A stretch of 64,000 nucleotides of DNA from Candidatus Bathyarchaeota archaeon. Lineage in GTDB: Archaea > Thermoproteota > Bathyarchaeia > 40CM-2-53-6. Shown piece by piece: positions 9,817 through 19,542 of the stretch (position 1 is the first letter of the stretch; each line of letters opens with the position of its first letter). The notes under the pieces are model-generated. The model did no database searches, was not told the DNA's origin, and saw nothing but the letters and a program-made list of their open reading frames with translations. Location: NCBI GenBank assembly GCA_963833125.1, contig CAWHWX010000016.1, positions 160,001 through 224,000 of the forward strand. Direction: 5' to 3'. Made by a program: the position numbers and the translations under genes.

Positions 9817-10236
9817 ATGCTGAACCAAAAACTCGCGGATATGCTAAAGGATCAACTCGATCATGAGGAACATGAGACTGAAGTCTACGCCAGAAAGGTG
9901 AGGGAAACTAAGCATAGCGTCGCAAAGCTTCTCTACGCCAAATTGATGCGAGACTCGATGCAGCACGCGGATGTCATTCACTGTGCGATCAGCTACCTCT
10001 CTACCGACAAATGGGAAACCTTGGCTCCGATCAAGGAAACCAGAGAGGACATTCTTGGTCTCATGGAGATGGAGGAGAAGGCTCTGCGGTTGTTTACGTC
10101 AGCCTCATCGCAGGTTCGGGATCCACATCTGAAAACAATGCTAACAATGCTGGCGTTAGATGAAGAGCAGCATTACGCAATGCTTCGTTACCTCTTGGAA
10201 AGTTTTGTCGATAAAAAAGAGGTATTAGAAATTTGA
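9817..10236 (+). CDS. Ferritin-like/rubrerythrin four-helix protein
   Basis: Duplicated E...Y/F...(D/E)xxH pattern (HEE...DSMQH; MEE...DEEQH). Confidence 0.75.
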   Translation: MLNQKLADMLKDQLDHEEHETEVYARKVRETKHSVAKLLYAKLMRDSMQHADVIHCAISYLSTDKWETLAPIKETREDILGLMEMEEKALRLFTSASSQVRDPHLKTMLTMLALDEEQHYAMLRYLLESFVDKKEVLEI

Positions 10237-10481
10237 GTCAAGTAACCACCCTTCAGCCCAGGGCCGACGTTAAGATTCTTGAAGAGCGATGCAAAGCATG
10301 CGAGCTCTGCGTCGTTACTTGCCCACAAGGTAACCTGAAGCTATCAACAAAGCTGAACCACGCGGGTTTCCACCCCGCCGAATTCTCGTATCGAGGAACA
10401 AAGGGAGAATGCACAGGTTGCGCAATCTGCTACTGGGTCTGCCCAGATTTCGCCATAAGTGAAATTCAGGTGAAGGCTTAG
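10233..10481 (+). CDS. 2x[4Fe-4S] ferredoxin, delta subunit of 2-oxoacid:ferredoxin oxidoreductase
   Basis: CKACELCVVTCP and CTGCAICYWVCPD; directly upstream of the alpha subunit. Confidence 0.9.
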   Translation: MSQVTTLQPRADVKILEERCKACELCVVTCPQGNLKLSTKLNHAGFHPAEFSYRGTKGECTGCAICYWVCPDFAISEIQVKA

Positions 10482-11559
10482 ATGGTCAAGAAACGAGTTT
10501 ACCTAAAGGGAAACGAAGCCCTCGCATACGGGGCGCTAGAAGCTGGGCTCAACGCCTACTTCGCGTACCCAATCACGCCCTCAAGTGAAATCCCGGAAAC
10601 CCTGGCAAAAGAGTTTGGTAGCAAACAGTATCCCGAGTACAAGTTCTTCCTGCAGGCCGCAAGTGAACTAGAAGCAATTAACATGGTGATCGGCGCCGCC
10701 TCGGGTGGTGCTCGGGCCATGACCGCGACCTCAAGTCCTGGCTTCAGTCTGAAACAGGAAGGCCTCTCTTATGCTGCTGGGATGGAGCTTCCATTCTTAA
10801 TCGCCGACATATGCAGAGCTGGTCCAGGACTAGGGAACCTTGGCCCAGAACAGAGTGACTACTTTCAGGCGACTAAGGGCGGTGGCCATGGCGACTACCA
10901 CCTGCTTGTTCTCGCACCCGCCACAGTCCAAGAGATGGCACTCTTCCCACGAATTGGATTCGATCTAGCCTTCAAGTACCGTAATCCAGTCCTAATCCTC
11001 AGCGACGCTTTCACGGGACAGCTTAAGGAAGACGTGGAATTCCCAGAATTCACACCTGAACAGTACGACACATCATCATGGGCAACCACAGGTGCCCATG
11101 GGAGAAGTCCTCACATAATCAATTCCCTAGAACTTGACTACCAGAAGCACTTCAAACACATTGGAAGAATCTTCGAGAAATACAGAAACGCCGAAGCAAA
11201 TGATGTCAGGTTCGAAGAATACCGAACCGAAGACGCCGAGACAATCATAGTTGCTTTCGGAATCGTATCTAGAATAGCGAAAGGCGTTGTAAACAAGCTC
11301 CGCTTCAAAGGAATAAGGGTCGGGCTTTTCCGACCGATAACTCTCTGGCCGTTTCCGAAAGCTCAACTCAAGAAGCTTGCCTCATCGGGAAGGCGGTTCC
11401 TGGTAGTCGAGTTAAACACAGGACAAATGGTCGATGACGTTAAGCTCGCTGTCGGCAATGGTGTTACCAGTCGATTTCCTCGGTAAATGGGGAGGCATCG
11501 TACCAACTGAGGCAGAGATAGAGAGTAAGCTAAGGAGATTGGAGGTGGTCGCCGTATGA
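10482..11559 (+). CDS. vorB: 2-oxoacid:ferredoxin oxidoreductase alpha subunit (VorB-like); frameshift near 11470
   Basis: Motifs KGNEA, YPITP, SE, SSPGFSLKQE, RAGPGLG and GGGHGDY. The C-terminus continues in another frame as VDFLGKWGGIVPTEAEI...VAV*. Confidence 0.88.
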
Positions 11560-12357
11560 GTCAACTCGCGCTTAGAGTTAAAGTTGGAAAACTTGAGTCG
11601 TTGACCGAAACCCCGACGCATTACTGTGCAGGCTGCGAACATGGCACGCTTACGAGGTTGATCGCGGCGGCGATTGATGATTTAGGGATACGTGAGAAAA
11701 CGGTAATGATCGATTCGGTCGGTTGCAGCGTTCTCGCCTACAATTACCTCAACTTTGACCATGTAGTGTCCCCACATGGGAGAGCACCTGCGGTGGCCGC
11801 CGGACTGAAGCATGTTCGACCTGAGTTGACGAGTATTCACTGTTCAGGGTGACGGCGACGCGGCTTCGATCGGGCTTCTGGAACTTGTCTACGCAGCAAA
11901 GAGAGCAACGCCGATTACAATATTCCTTGTGAACAATGCAATCTATGGGATGACAGGAGGCCAAATGGCTCCCACGACGCTGGAAGGCCAGGTTACAAGC
12001 ACAACCCCATTCGGGAGAGACGCTCATCTAACAGGAACAGAACTAGATGCGTCAAAGCTAATTTCGGGAATCGATGGCGCTTCATATGTGAAACGCGTAA
12101 GCCTAGCTGTTCAAGAGATTTCCAGCCAAAGAGGCAAAGTATACACGATCAAGAACCTGTTAGATGCAAAGAAATCTGTGGAGAACGCATTCAAAGTTCA
12201 AGCCCGCGGCGGGTTCGCATTCGTCGAACTCCTCAGCACATGCTCAATCAACTGGAAGATGTCAGTGCTTGACTCCAAGCGATTCGTTTACGATCGACTG
12301 GTGAAGAAGTTCCCGTTGGGATTATACAAAGACAGCTTTGGAGTTGAGAAAGAATGA
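11556..12357 (+). CDS. 2-oxoacid:ferredoxin oxidoreductase beta (TPP-binding) subunit; frameshift near 11830
   Basis: YCAGCEHG, VGC and HGRA, then after the shift QGDGD...NNAIYGMTGGQMAPTT and STC. Confidence 0.9.
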
Positions 12358-12989
12358 CCAAGACCAAGCTGCTGGTAGCCGGCCACGGTGGCCAGGGTGT
12401 GCTTCTGCTAAGCGACTACATAGCCTACGCCGCGATGCTGGAAGGGAAACATGTGGCGTATACGCCGTCATATGGACCGGAAACACGCGGCGGCAAAGCG
12501 AAATGCTATGTTGTAATCTCAGATGAAGAAGTTGACAACCCAATCGTAGAGGAGCCTGATGTGGAAATAATCATGAATCAACCGTCAATGGAATTTCTAA
12601 ACTATCTGCGTCCCAGCGGGTTGATCCTGTACAATTCAACGCTTGTCGACACTGGAGTAGACCGCGACGACGTACGTAGCATCGGGATTCCGGCAACTGA
12701 AATCGCCGACGGCTTAAAGGACGAGATGCAATCGAAAGGAATCAATGACACTAAAATATTTGCAAACGCAGTGATGTTTGGCGCCTTTATCGGGCTCTGT
12801 GCCCCGGAGATGGACGACGGGCGGATCAAGGAGTCGCTGAAATACTTCCTTTCCGGGAAGAAAGAAGATCTGATTGGTCTGAACTATTTGGCGCTGAAGA
12901 AAGGCAGAGATTTCGTGCAGGCGAATCCAATACCCGAATTCACATCAAGATCGCCCTTCCACTGCGTTCCAGCTTGGGCTGACCAGTAG
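12354..12989 (+). CDS. 2-oxoacid:ferredoxin oxidoreductase gamma subunit
   Basis: Motifs GHGGQGV, PSYGPETRGG and NAVMFGA. Confidence 0.92.
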   Translation: MTKTKLLVAGHGGQGVLLLSDYIAYAAMLEGKHVAYTPSYGPETRGGKAKCYVVISDEEVDNPIVEEPDVEIIMNQPSMEFLNYLRPSGLILYNSTLVDTGVDRDDVRSIGIPATEIADGLKDEMQSKGINDTKIFANAVMFGAFIGLCAPEMDDGRIKESLKYFLSGKKEDLIGLNYLALKKGRDFVQANPIPEFTSRSPFHCVPAWADQ

Positions 12990-12995
12990 ACAGAC

Positions 12996-13427
12996 TTACC
13001 CACACCAATAACGCTGAGCGCCCAGCCTACTTTCTCTCTCCTGATCTGTTAGGCGGTTGATGCAATCCGGGCAGAAGCTGTTCAGCCCCGTTTCAAGAAG
13101 GCCCGAAGATCTGTTGTGATTAGAAATCCAATAGAGGGTCCCGCATCGAATACAACGCCTCTTACTCGTCAGGATCTGCGTTCCAAGTTTCCTGGATTCC
13201 TCCACTGAGATGGTGCGAGCGATGCTTTCTCTTACTCCGAGCGCCAAGCATCGTTTAGGTTCCTCCGATGGAAGTCCCATGTCGGTAATTAGCAAGTCGT
13301 CTTGTTGGGTGAGCCAAACATCAAACTTTCCATGAAATTCGCATTCTCCATCAGTATTCTTAGCAGTGGCTCCCTGCTCGCCTAGAAAGCATCTTTCACC
13401 GAATAGGTGACATCTACCGCCTTCCAC
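12996..13427 (-). CDS. Hypothetical Cys-rich (probable Zn-binding) protein
   Basis: 143 aa with CIRC and CPDC pairs plus N-terminal Cys/His residues; fills the gap between operons. Confidence 0.5.
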   Translation of the reverse strand: MEGGRCHLFGERCFLGEQGATAKNTDGECEFHGKFDVWLTQQDDLLITDMGLPSEEPKRCLALGVRESIARTISVEESRKLGTQILTSKRRCIRCGTLYWISNHNRSSGLLETGLNSFCPDCINRLTDQERESRLGAQRYWCG

Positions 13428-13612
13428 GAAATTTAGACACAGAGCCCTTCACCAGACGTGAACTCTTCCATCGACCAATAGTATCTAGACGCCTTCTTCT
13501 GGTAATACCCGTTGGTTATCATAGTTGGGGGATTATCACATTCCATATACCTTAAGTTCGATAGGATTCAGCCAAGCACAGAAACCAGGCGTGAGACGGT
13601 AGGCATCAAGAG

Positions 13613-14836
13613 ATGGTCACTCTCTCCGACCGTGTTACTGCACTACACATCTCTCCTATCCGCCGCATCGCCGCGCTTCTCGCAGAAGCAAACAGCAGGA
13701 GGGAGATTATCTCGTTCGGAGGCGGCGCCCCAAGCCTTCCTCCACCCAGAGAAGTGTCTGAGGAAATCATCCGAAGGATGACTGAAGATCCTCAAGGAAC
13801 GACAGTTTACTCAGGCACTAGGGGTTACCTAGATCTTAGAAGGCTTGTCGCTGAGGATTGGGCTCGCCACCAAGGCGGAACATATGCCCCTGAAACTGAA
13901 GTCATAATGTGCGAGGGTGCCACCGAGGCTATCTTCGCTGCACTCCATTCGATATTGAACAAGAACGATGAAGTCATCCTGATAGACCCGACTTACCTCG
14001 GTTACTTAGAAGCGGCGCAACTTGCCGGGGGACGAATCGCACGACTCCCAGTTGCGGTCGAACACCAATACCAACCCAGCATGGAAGTGCTAAAGTCGCT
14101 CATCACCAGGCGGACCAAAGCTTTCATTCTGCTCAGCCCCGACAACCCTACAGGACGCATAATCCGCCTCCCCTTTGTGAAAGGCTTAGTAGATCTTGCA
14201 GTTGACAATGATTTCTGGATCATCAACGACGCAACATATCGCGACATAGTCTACGGCGAGAACAATCAACCTAAACTGACCTCTTTCCCCGGAGCGCACG
14301 AGCGTGTGATCTCAGTCGGCAGCTTTTCGAAGGAAGCTTCCACGCCGGGATTAAGGCTAGGTTACGCGTTGGGACCACCCGAAGCAATCGACGCCATAGA
14401 GAAAATGAAACAATACACAACGCTGGCACCAAACACGTTAAGCCAACGTGCAATGTTACGTTTCTTGACGGGGGATGTCAAACAGAAGTATCTGCAGGAG
14501 ATTGTCATTCCAACGTATGCAGCGCGAAGAGATTTCATGGCCAAAGCTATCGTCAAGCATTTGCCTGATGCGACTACCGTACTGCCAGAGGGGGCATTCT
14601 ACTTTTTCGTCGACATGAGGAAGTATCTAGGTGCAATGGAACGCACCGACAACGAATTGTGCGACCATTTGCTGAAGCAGAAGGGAGTCGTCGCTATACC
14701 TGGTTCGTACTTTGGAGATAATGGGGCAGGGCATGTTAGGCTGACATTTGTCAGTGAACCCGAGGAGAGAATAGATCTCGGAATGAAACGGATTGGAGAA
14801 TTTGTTTTCTCTTACGCGTTCTCCTTGGCGAAATAA
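13613..14836 (+). CDS. PLP-dependent class I/II aminotransferase
   Basis: Motifs SFGGG.P, SPDNPTG, DATY, SFSK...GLRLG, PEGAFY and PGSYFG...VRL. Confidence 0.95.
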   Translation: MVTLSDRVTALHISPIRRIAALLAEANSRREIISFGGGAPSLPPPREVSEEIIRRMTEDPQGTTVYSGTRGYLDLRRLVAEDWARHQGGTYAPETEVIMCEGATEAIFAALHSILNKNDEVILIDPTYLGYLEAAQLAGGRIARLPVAVEHQYQPSMEVLKSLITRRTKAFILLSPDNPTGRIIRLPFVKGLVDLAVDNDFWIINDATYRDIVYGENNQPKLTSFPGAHERVISVGSFSKEASTPGLRLGYALGPPEAIDAIEKMKQYTTLAPNTLSQRAMLRFLTGDVKQKYLQEIVIPTYAARRDFMAKAIVKHLPDATTVLPEGAFYFFVDMRKYLGAMERTDNELCDHLLKQKGVVAIPGSYFGDNGAGHVRLTFVSEPEERIDLGMKRIGEFVFSYAFSLAK

Positions 14837-14981
14837 GGATAGTAATCACTCTTCCCCGTGGCAGCGAATTCGACGTAATGTAAGTGCATCTCTATAGTTA
14901 AATTCAGGTTAGTTTAGACTTTGAAAAACACTATAGAAGCATATATTCTACTGTCTAAACCATATTCAGCAGTGTGGGATT

Positions 14982-16046
14982 TTGGAAGCTCGCAAAGTAC
15001 AACGTGTTGGATACTCCACCCTCACAGTATCCCTGCCTCGAGACTGGGTCGAAGAGGTCAAACTCAAGGCCGGCGACATCGTTTCCATCAAACGAGAGGA
15101 CGATGGATCACTAAAGCTCGTCCCCGGCACGGAACACAAACGGGATGAGATCAGGAATTGCATCGTAAACGCTGACCTTTGCAACTCAAACCATCTCCTG
15201 ACCCGCGTCATAACCGCCAACTACATTCTCGGTCACGACACCATTCAGATCGTCGCAAAAGATGAACTGAAGAAGAACCACTTGAACGAGATACGAGCAA
15301 CTACGCAACGCCTAACCGGACTTAGTGTAGTGGAGCAAACAATCAAACAGATAACCCTGCAAAGTTTCGTGGACCCCACACGTTTTCCAATCTATGGGCT
15401 TATGCGCCGCCTGCACATCATTATCACATCTATGGTCGACGTTTCAATCAAAGCCTTGGTTGACAGGCGGCCGGAGCTCGCGTCTGAAGTCACCCACATG
15501 GAGGAAGAGTCAGATAGAATATATTGGCTCATTGTGCGACAGTTGCTTCTCGCCATACGCGACCGAAGCGTGGGAACCAAGATCGGAATCGAATCCCCCG
15601 TTCATATCGCAGGAAACAGAGTCGTCGCTAAGACGCTTGAAGAAATGGCTGACTGTGCAGAGAACATCGCAAACGAAGTTCTAGCATTGAAGGACCGAGA
15701 AATCAACAGCGACGCGATACTGAACGACATAGCAAAATACGGAGTCCAAACAACGAAGATCTCAGAACAGACAATCAAAGCACTGCTCACCGGAGACATC
15801 GCATTAGCCAACGACGCCGTGGAGATGGTCGAAGCCGCGGAAAACGACGAGAGAAAGCTGACCCAGAAAGTTCTCGCCTACGTCAAGGATCCAACCGTCG
15901 CAGCTAGCCTGAGGATTGTGGTCTGGAATCTAAGTCAAATTACGAAATATTGCCGTATGATTGGTGAGGTAACAATCAACCGCATCTTGGAGAAACCCTC
16001 GCCAATATGCGAGTACCTACCCCTCCCTGAGCCGCGAGCCAGTTGA
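14982..16046 (+). CDS. AbrB/SpoVT + PhoU transcriptional regulator (paralog of 4956..6050)
   Basis: RKVQRVGYSTLTVSLPRDWV; EEESDRIYWLIVRQ; LEEMAD. Confidence 0.9.
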   Translation: MEARKVQRVGYSTLTVSLPRDWVEEVKLKAGDIVSIKREDDGSLKLVPGTEHKRDEIRNCIVNADLCNSNHLLTRVITANYILGHDTIQIVAKDELKKNHLNEIRATTQRLTGLSVVEQTIKQITLQSFVDPTRFPIYGLMRRLHIIITSMVDVSIKALVDRRPELASEVTHMEEESDRIYWLIVRQLLLAIRDRSVGTKIGIESPVHIAGNRVVAKTLEEMADCAENIANEVLALKDREINSDAILNDIAKYGVQTTKISEQTIKALLTGDIALANDAVEMVEAAENDERKLTQKVLAYVKDPTVAASLRIVVWNLSQITKYCRMIGEVTINRILEKPSPICEYLPLPEPRAS

Positions 16047-16059
16047 CATACACCGCTCT

Positions 16060-16494
16060 CTAATCCTTCAGATGCTTGCCAACCATTACCAAATCTGAAT
16101 GAGTTTCATAACCGCGTGCCGCGAAGAATTTCTGAGATTTCGTATTCGACTGGTAGATTTGAGCATTAATCTTCTTTGCTCCCTTCTCAATCAGACGTTT
16201 CTCAACTTCGCTCAGCAGAGTGGTGGCTATCCCTTGTCTCTGGTGCGAAGGCTTCACGGCTAGGTGGTAAACCCAACCGCGTCTCCCGTCCCACCCACCG
16301 ATAATGCACCCAACAATCTCACCCTCAAGATCCGCAAGAAGGAATAGGTCTGGATCTCGAAGTAATTTCATACGAACTCCGTTTAATTCGTCTCCCGGTC
16401 TGATAACCAAACCCGCATCCTTCCACAACTCAAGAACCACATTGTAATCGTTCATCAGAAATTCGCGAATCTGAATCTTCGGCAAGTCAATCAT
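16060..16494 (-). CDS. GNAT N-acetyltransferase (YpeA-like)
   Basis: GGWDGRRGWVYHLAV.P.HQRQGIA; N....FF...GY. Confidence 0.9.
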   Translation of the reverse strand: MIDLPKIQIREFLMNDYNVVLELWKDAGLVIRPGDELNGVRMKLLRDPDLFLLADLEGEIVGCIIGGWDGRRGWVYHLAVKPSHQRQGIATTLLSEVEKRLIEKGAKKINAQIYQSNTKSQKFFAARGYETHSDLVMVGKHLKD

Positions 16495-16513
16495 CTAGGA
16501 TTCTACAAATCGT

Positions 16514-16644
16514 TGGCGCCGCCGGCAGGGCTCGAACCTGCGACCAACGGGTGTCTGCCCGTTTAACAGCTTCAGCTCCTTCTTGCGAAGGATCCGCTGC
16601 TCCACCACTGAGCTGTCGTCTGCGCATTATGTGCATACGGCGGC
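16514..16644 (-). tRNA. tRNA-Asn(GTT) with three BHB/BHL introns at 8/9 (16615-16636), 30/31 (16571-16593) and 37/38 (16553-16563); CCA encoded
   Basis: Removing the three introns gives GCCGCCG TA GCTC AGTGGTG GAGC A GCGGG CT GTT AA CCCGT TGGTC GCAGG TTCGAGC CCTGC CGGCGGC G CCA. Each intron has a 4-bp helix flanked by 3-nt bulges. Confidence 0.92.
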
Positions 16645-16688
16645 TAGGGTATGCGTTCGGCGGCGTTCGCGCATTTCCGGTTGGCGCT

Positions 16689-16988
16689 TTATTTGTTCTC
16701 CGGAATGGGTTGTTGCTGCTGCCATGAGCCGCAGAACGCGCATTTGCGTACACCCTCCGGTATTAGCGATCCACAGGATTTACAATTCACCAGTTTCTCA
16801 AGCTCGAATATTGGTTCAGCTGTCTTCTGACGAAGCGTTCTGATCCACCAAGCTCGACCCAACATAAGGACTACCACCGCCACGATAGCAAGAATTGCGA
16901 CCGTTAGGGTCGAGAGCAATTGCAAGAGCGCCAGAGATTGTGTTACATAGGGCCTGGCATAACATCTTCGCTTAGGAACGTGCACCAT
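16689..16988 (-). CDS. Membrane-anchored zinc-ribbon protein (true start probably ~16930)
   Basis: One TM helix followed by CKSC...CAFC. Confidence 0.7.
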   Translation of the reverse strand: MVHVPKRRCYARPYVTQSLALLQLLSTLTVAILAIVAVVVLMLGRAWWIRTLRQKTAEPIFELEKLVNCKSCGSLIPEGVRKCAFCGSWQQQQPIPENK

Positions 16989-18247
16989 TGGAGCGTATGC
17001 ACACCGAAGGATTCCAGCAACTCACCAAGATCGAGGACGCGAACCGTGTCTTCTTCGAAGCGGTTGGGGACACGAAAGTGAGAGTCGAAAGCATTCGGAT
17101 TCAGGATACCGTAGGGAGGATTCTTGCACGAGAGGTAACTGCTCGAAGTTACCTTCCAGCAGCTAACTTATCCTCATTGGATGGGTACGCCGTTCGATCA
17201 AGTGATCTTCGAAACGCTTCACAAACGAGCCGTGTCGTGTTAAGGCTGGTTGGGGAGAGCATCCTCGGCGAGCCTTGTCACCTGACGATCGGGTCAGGAC
17301 AAGCTGTCCTGGTTGCCACCGGAAGCAGAATGCCACATGGAGCTGATGCCGTAGTGATGGTTGAACACATCAGCATATTACCGGAGAACATGATCGAAGT
17401 TCATTCACCCGTCCCGTTAGGAGAGGGAGTGACTCAGAAAGGAACAGACTTCACACCAGGCCGACGAGTCCTTCCCAAAGGAAGACAGTTACGGCCGGAG
17501 GATATCGGAGCACTAAAGGCATTGGGCTTATCGAAGGTCCTAGTGGTAAGACGAATTCGCGTTGGAGTTCTATCAACAGGTAACGAGCTTGTTAACTCGA
17601 GAAGAAAAGACAAGGGTGCTAAGATCCTCGACATAAATCGCCCCATCATTTCAGCGATGGTAAAAGAACTAGGGGCAGAACCGATAGACCTTGGTATTGC
17701 GAGGGACGATGCACGAGAAATAAGTCAAGCACTCAAGAAGGGTCTACGAAGCTCAGATGTAATTCTGGTCACGGCAGGCTCATCGGTGGGTAAGAAAGAC
17801 CTCGTTCCCAGTTGCATAAACCGTCTTGGAAAGCCCGGCATGTTGGTGCATGGGATCGCAATGCGGCCAGCGATGCCAACCGGATTAGCGGTCGTAAACC
17901 GTAAGCCCATAGTCTCGCTTCCCGGTTTTCCAGTCTCAGCGATCGTCGCCTTCAGGACATTCGTCACCCCACTCTTGACTAAATTGTCTGGGTCTACAAC
18001 GCCCATGGAGCATTCCATAAGAGCGATTCTTAAGGAGAGAATTTCTGGTGCGCCCAATCTACGGACCTTCGTCCGGGTCAGAGTCGAGAAGGGCCCGTCA
18101 GGATTTCTGGCATGGCCATTGAAAGTTCAGCGTTCGTCGTTGTTGACAACCATGGTGGACGCCAACGGGATCGTGACGATATCCGAATCTGTTGGAGCCA
18201 TTGAAGCGGGCCAAGAAGTGGACGTTAGCTTAACGGGCAGTACCTGA
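16988..18247 (+). CDS. moeA: Molybdopterin molybdenumtransferase MoeA
   Basis: Motifs GRILA, DGYAV, TG..MP.GADAVVMVE, STGNEL, GSSVG..D and LPGFPVS. Confidence 0.95.
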   Translation: MERMHTEGFQQLTKIEDANRVFFEAVGDTKVRVESIRIQDTVGRILAREVTARSYLPAANLSSLDGYAVRSSDLRNASQTSRVVLRLVGESILGEPCHLTIGSGQAVLVATGSRMPHGADAVVMVEHISILPENMIEVHSPVPLGEGVTQKGTDFTPGRRVLPKGRQLRPEDIGALKALGLSKVLVVRRIRVGVLSTGNELVNSRRKDKGAKILDINRPIISAMVKELGAEPIDLGIARDDAREISQALKKGLRSSDVILVTAGSSVGKKDLVPSCINRLGKPGMLVHGIAMRPAMPTGLAVVNRKPIVSLPGFPVSAIVAFRTFVTPLLTKLSGSTTPMEHSIRAILKERISGAPNLRTFVRVRVEKGPSGFLAWPLKVQRSSLLTTMVDANGIVTISESVGAIEAGQEVDVSLTGST

Positions 18248-18251
18248 TCAG

Positions 18252-18560
18252 CTAAGTTTTTTTGTCTTTCTCTCTCGTGGCCCTCTGCTTTCGAATCTCA
18301 GAGGCCAGAGAACGAAGGAGTTTGGATTGAGGAGTTGCTTTTGGAACAATAAGGTAGCCTCCCTTCTCCCACCAGGTACTGGGTCTTGATTTCCCAGCTA
18401 CGACTTCATGCTCAACGGAGAGTTGGCTGGCTGCGTCTCTTAATTCTTCCAGCCTCGGAGTTTGGAGGGCGAATCCCTTAGCGAGTTTTCGTCCTGCTTT
18501 TCTGGATTTCGTCGAATCAAGATTTGCCGGCCAAACCACAGCCTTTTCGTGAAGCTTCAA
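18252..18560 (-). CDS. srp19: Signal recognition particle protein SRP19
   Basis: VWPANLDSTKSRKAGRK, P.LEE and K.RP..WW..G. Confidence 0.92.
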   Translation of the reverse strand: MKLHEKAVVWPANLDSTKSRKAGRKLAKGFALQTPRLEELRDAASQLSVEHEVVAGKSRPSTWWEKGGYLIVPKATPQSKLLRSLASEIRKQRATREKDKKT

Positions 18561-18589
18561 GCCTCACGCCTCAAGCACGGCGCGAACGT

Positions 18590-18985
18590 TCACTTTTGAG
18601 TACTCTGCACGAGGATCGCGTTTACAACCCCGTGTTGTCCAGGTCTCGAAGTGACGACTGCCTGACCAAGAGGTGTATCAAGAACTGCGCCTTTAGTAAT
18701 CACGCCACGACGCTGATAGTCGACGTTGGCTGGGTTCTTCACGACTCCTTGAATCTCTGTCTTCTGACTCTTACCAGTAGCCGGGTCGGTTATGTTAACA
18801 GTGTTAATTGCCAGAGCAGCCAGTTTTATTCTTCCGCCGCGACCCCTTCTTACCGAGAATCGTTTCTCCCCGACAATTGTTTGCGCTGGATCGCTACCCA
18901 TTTCAAACGCGCGCTTCCCGCGGAAGATGTGCTTCTTACCGCCACTCTTCTTTCTCTTGTGAAGGTCTCCATGCCATTGGGGCAT
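18590..18985 (-). CDS. rps8e: 30S ribosomal protein S8e
   Basis: RKKSGG, RGRGG..K, NPAN..YQRRGVITKG and TSRPGQHGVVNA. Confidence 0.98.
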   Translation of the reverse strand: MPQWHGDLHKRKKSGGKKHIFRGKRAFEMGSDPAQTIVGEKRFSVRRGRGGRIKLAALAINTVNITDPATGKSQKTEIQGVVKNPANVDYQRRGVITKGAVLDTPLGQAVVTSRPGQHGVVNAILVQSTQK

Positions 18986-19115
18986 TCAAATTAACTCCTG
19001 ATCGGGATTTCGTCCACAGGCATGAGCGGTTCATTTAAGCATTGTGAGGTCGGGTTCTGGTACCTTAGCGTTTGTTAGATCTGGTCGTCTGCGCTGTTAC
19101 TTTTCGTTTGGTGGA

Positions 19116-19520
19116 TTAGTTTGGGGCTTTGCGCCTGATTACGCCGTAGCCAATTATAGCGAAAGTCGCAAGCAAAGTTAGACCGAAGGGGTACTCAGGT
19201 ATCGGTGGAGCGGCTTGAATTGTAAAGTTTATGCAAACATCCTCAATTCCATTAAATGTGCTGTATTGACCCGCCGGTTGTCCGGGAACAGTCAACTGAC
19301 CACTTCCATTGCTGAAATTGCTGAAAATTGGTGCACCGGGACAGCTGAACCCGGAATAAACAGAGATACGAGAAGTGGGTGCAGTAGTGGTGACAGTGAA
19401 AGGGACTCCTGCTGTAGGTGATGATGGGGTTACAGTGAGGGCCCACGCAGGCTTCACACTAACAAACAACAGCCCTACGGCTAGGAGAACGAATAACCCA
19501 ACAAGTCGCCTACCCCACAA
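19116..19520 (-). CDS. Small secreted surface protein with PEF-CTERM-like sorting signal
   Basis: Signal peptide (PAWA), Thr/Ser/Pro-rich body with 2 Cys, then IPEYPFG + TM helix + basic tail RRK. Confidence 0.7.
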   Translation of the reverse strand: MWGRRLVGLFVLLAVGLLFVSVKPAWALTVTPSSPTAGVPFTVTTTAPTSRISVYSGFSCPGAPIFSNFSNGSGQLTVPGQPAGQYSTFNGIEDVCINFTIQAAPPIPEYPFGLTLLATFAIIGYGVIRRKAPN

Positions 19521-19542
19521 TACACAAACCCGGACAACGCGC

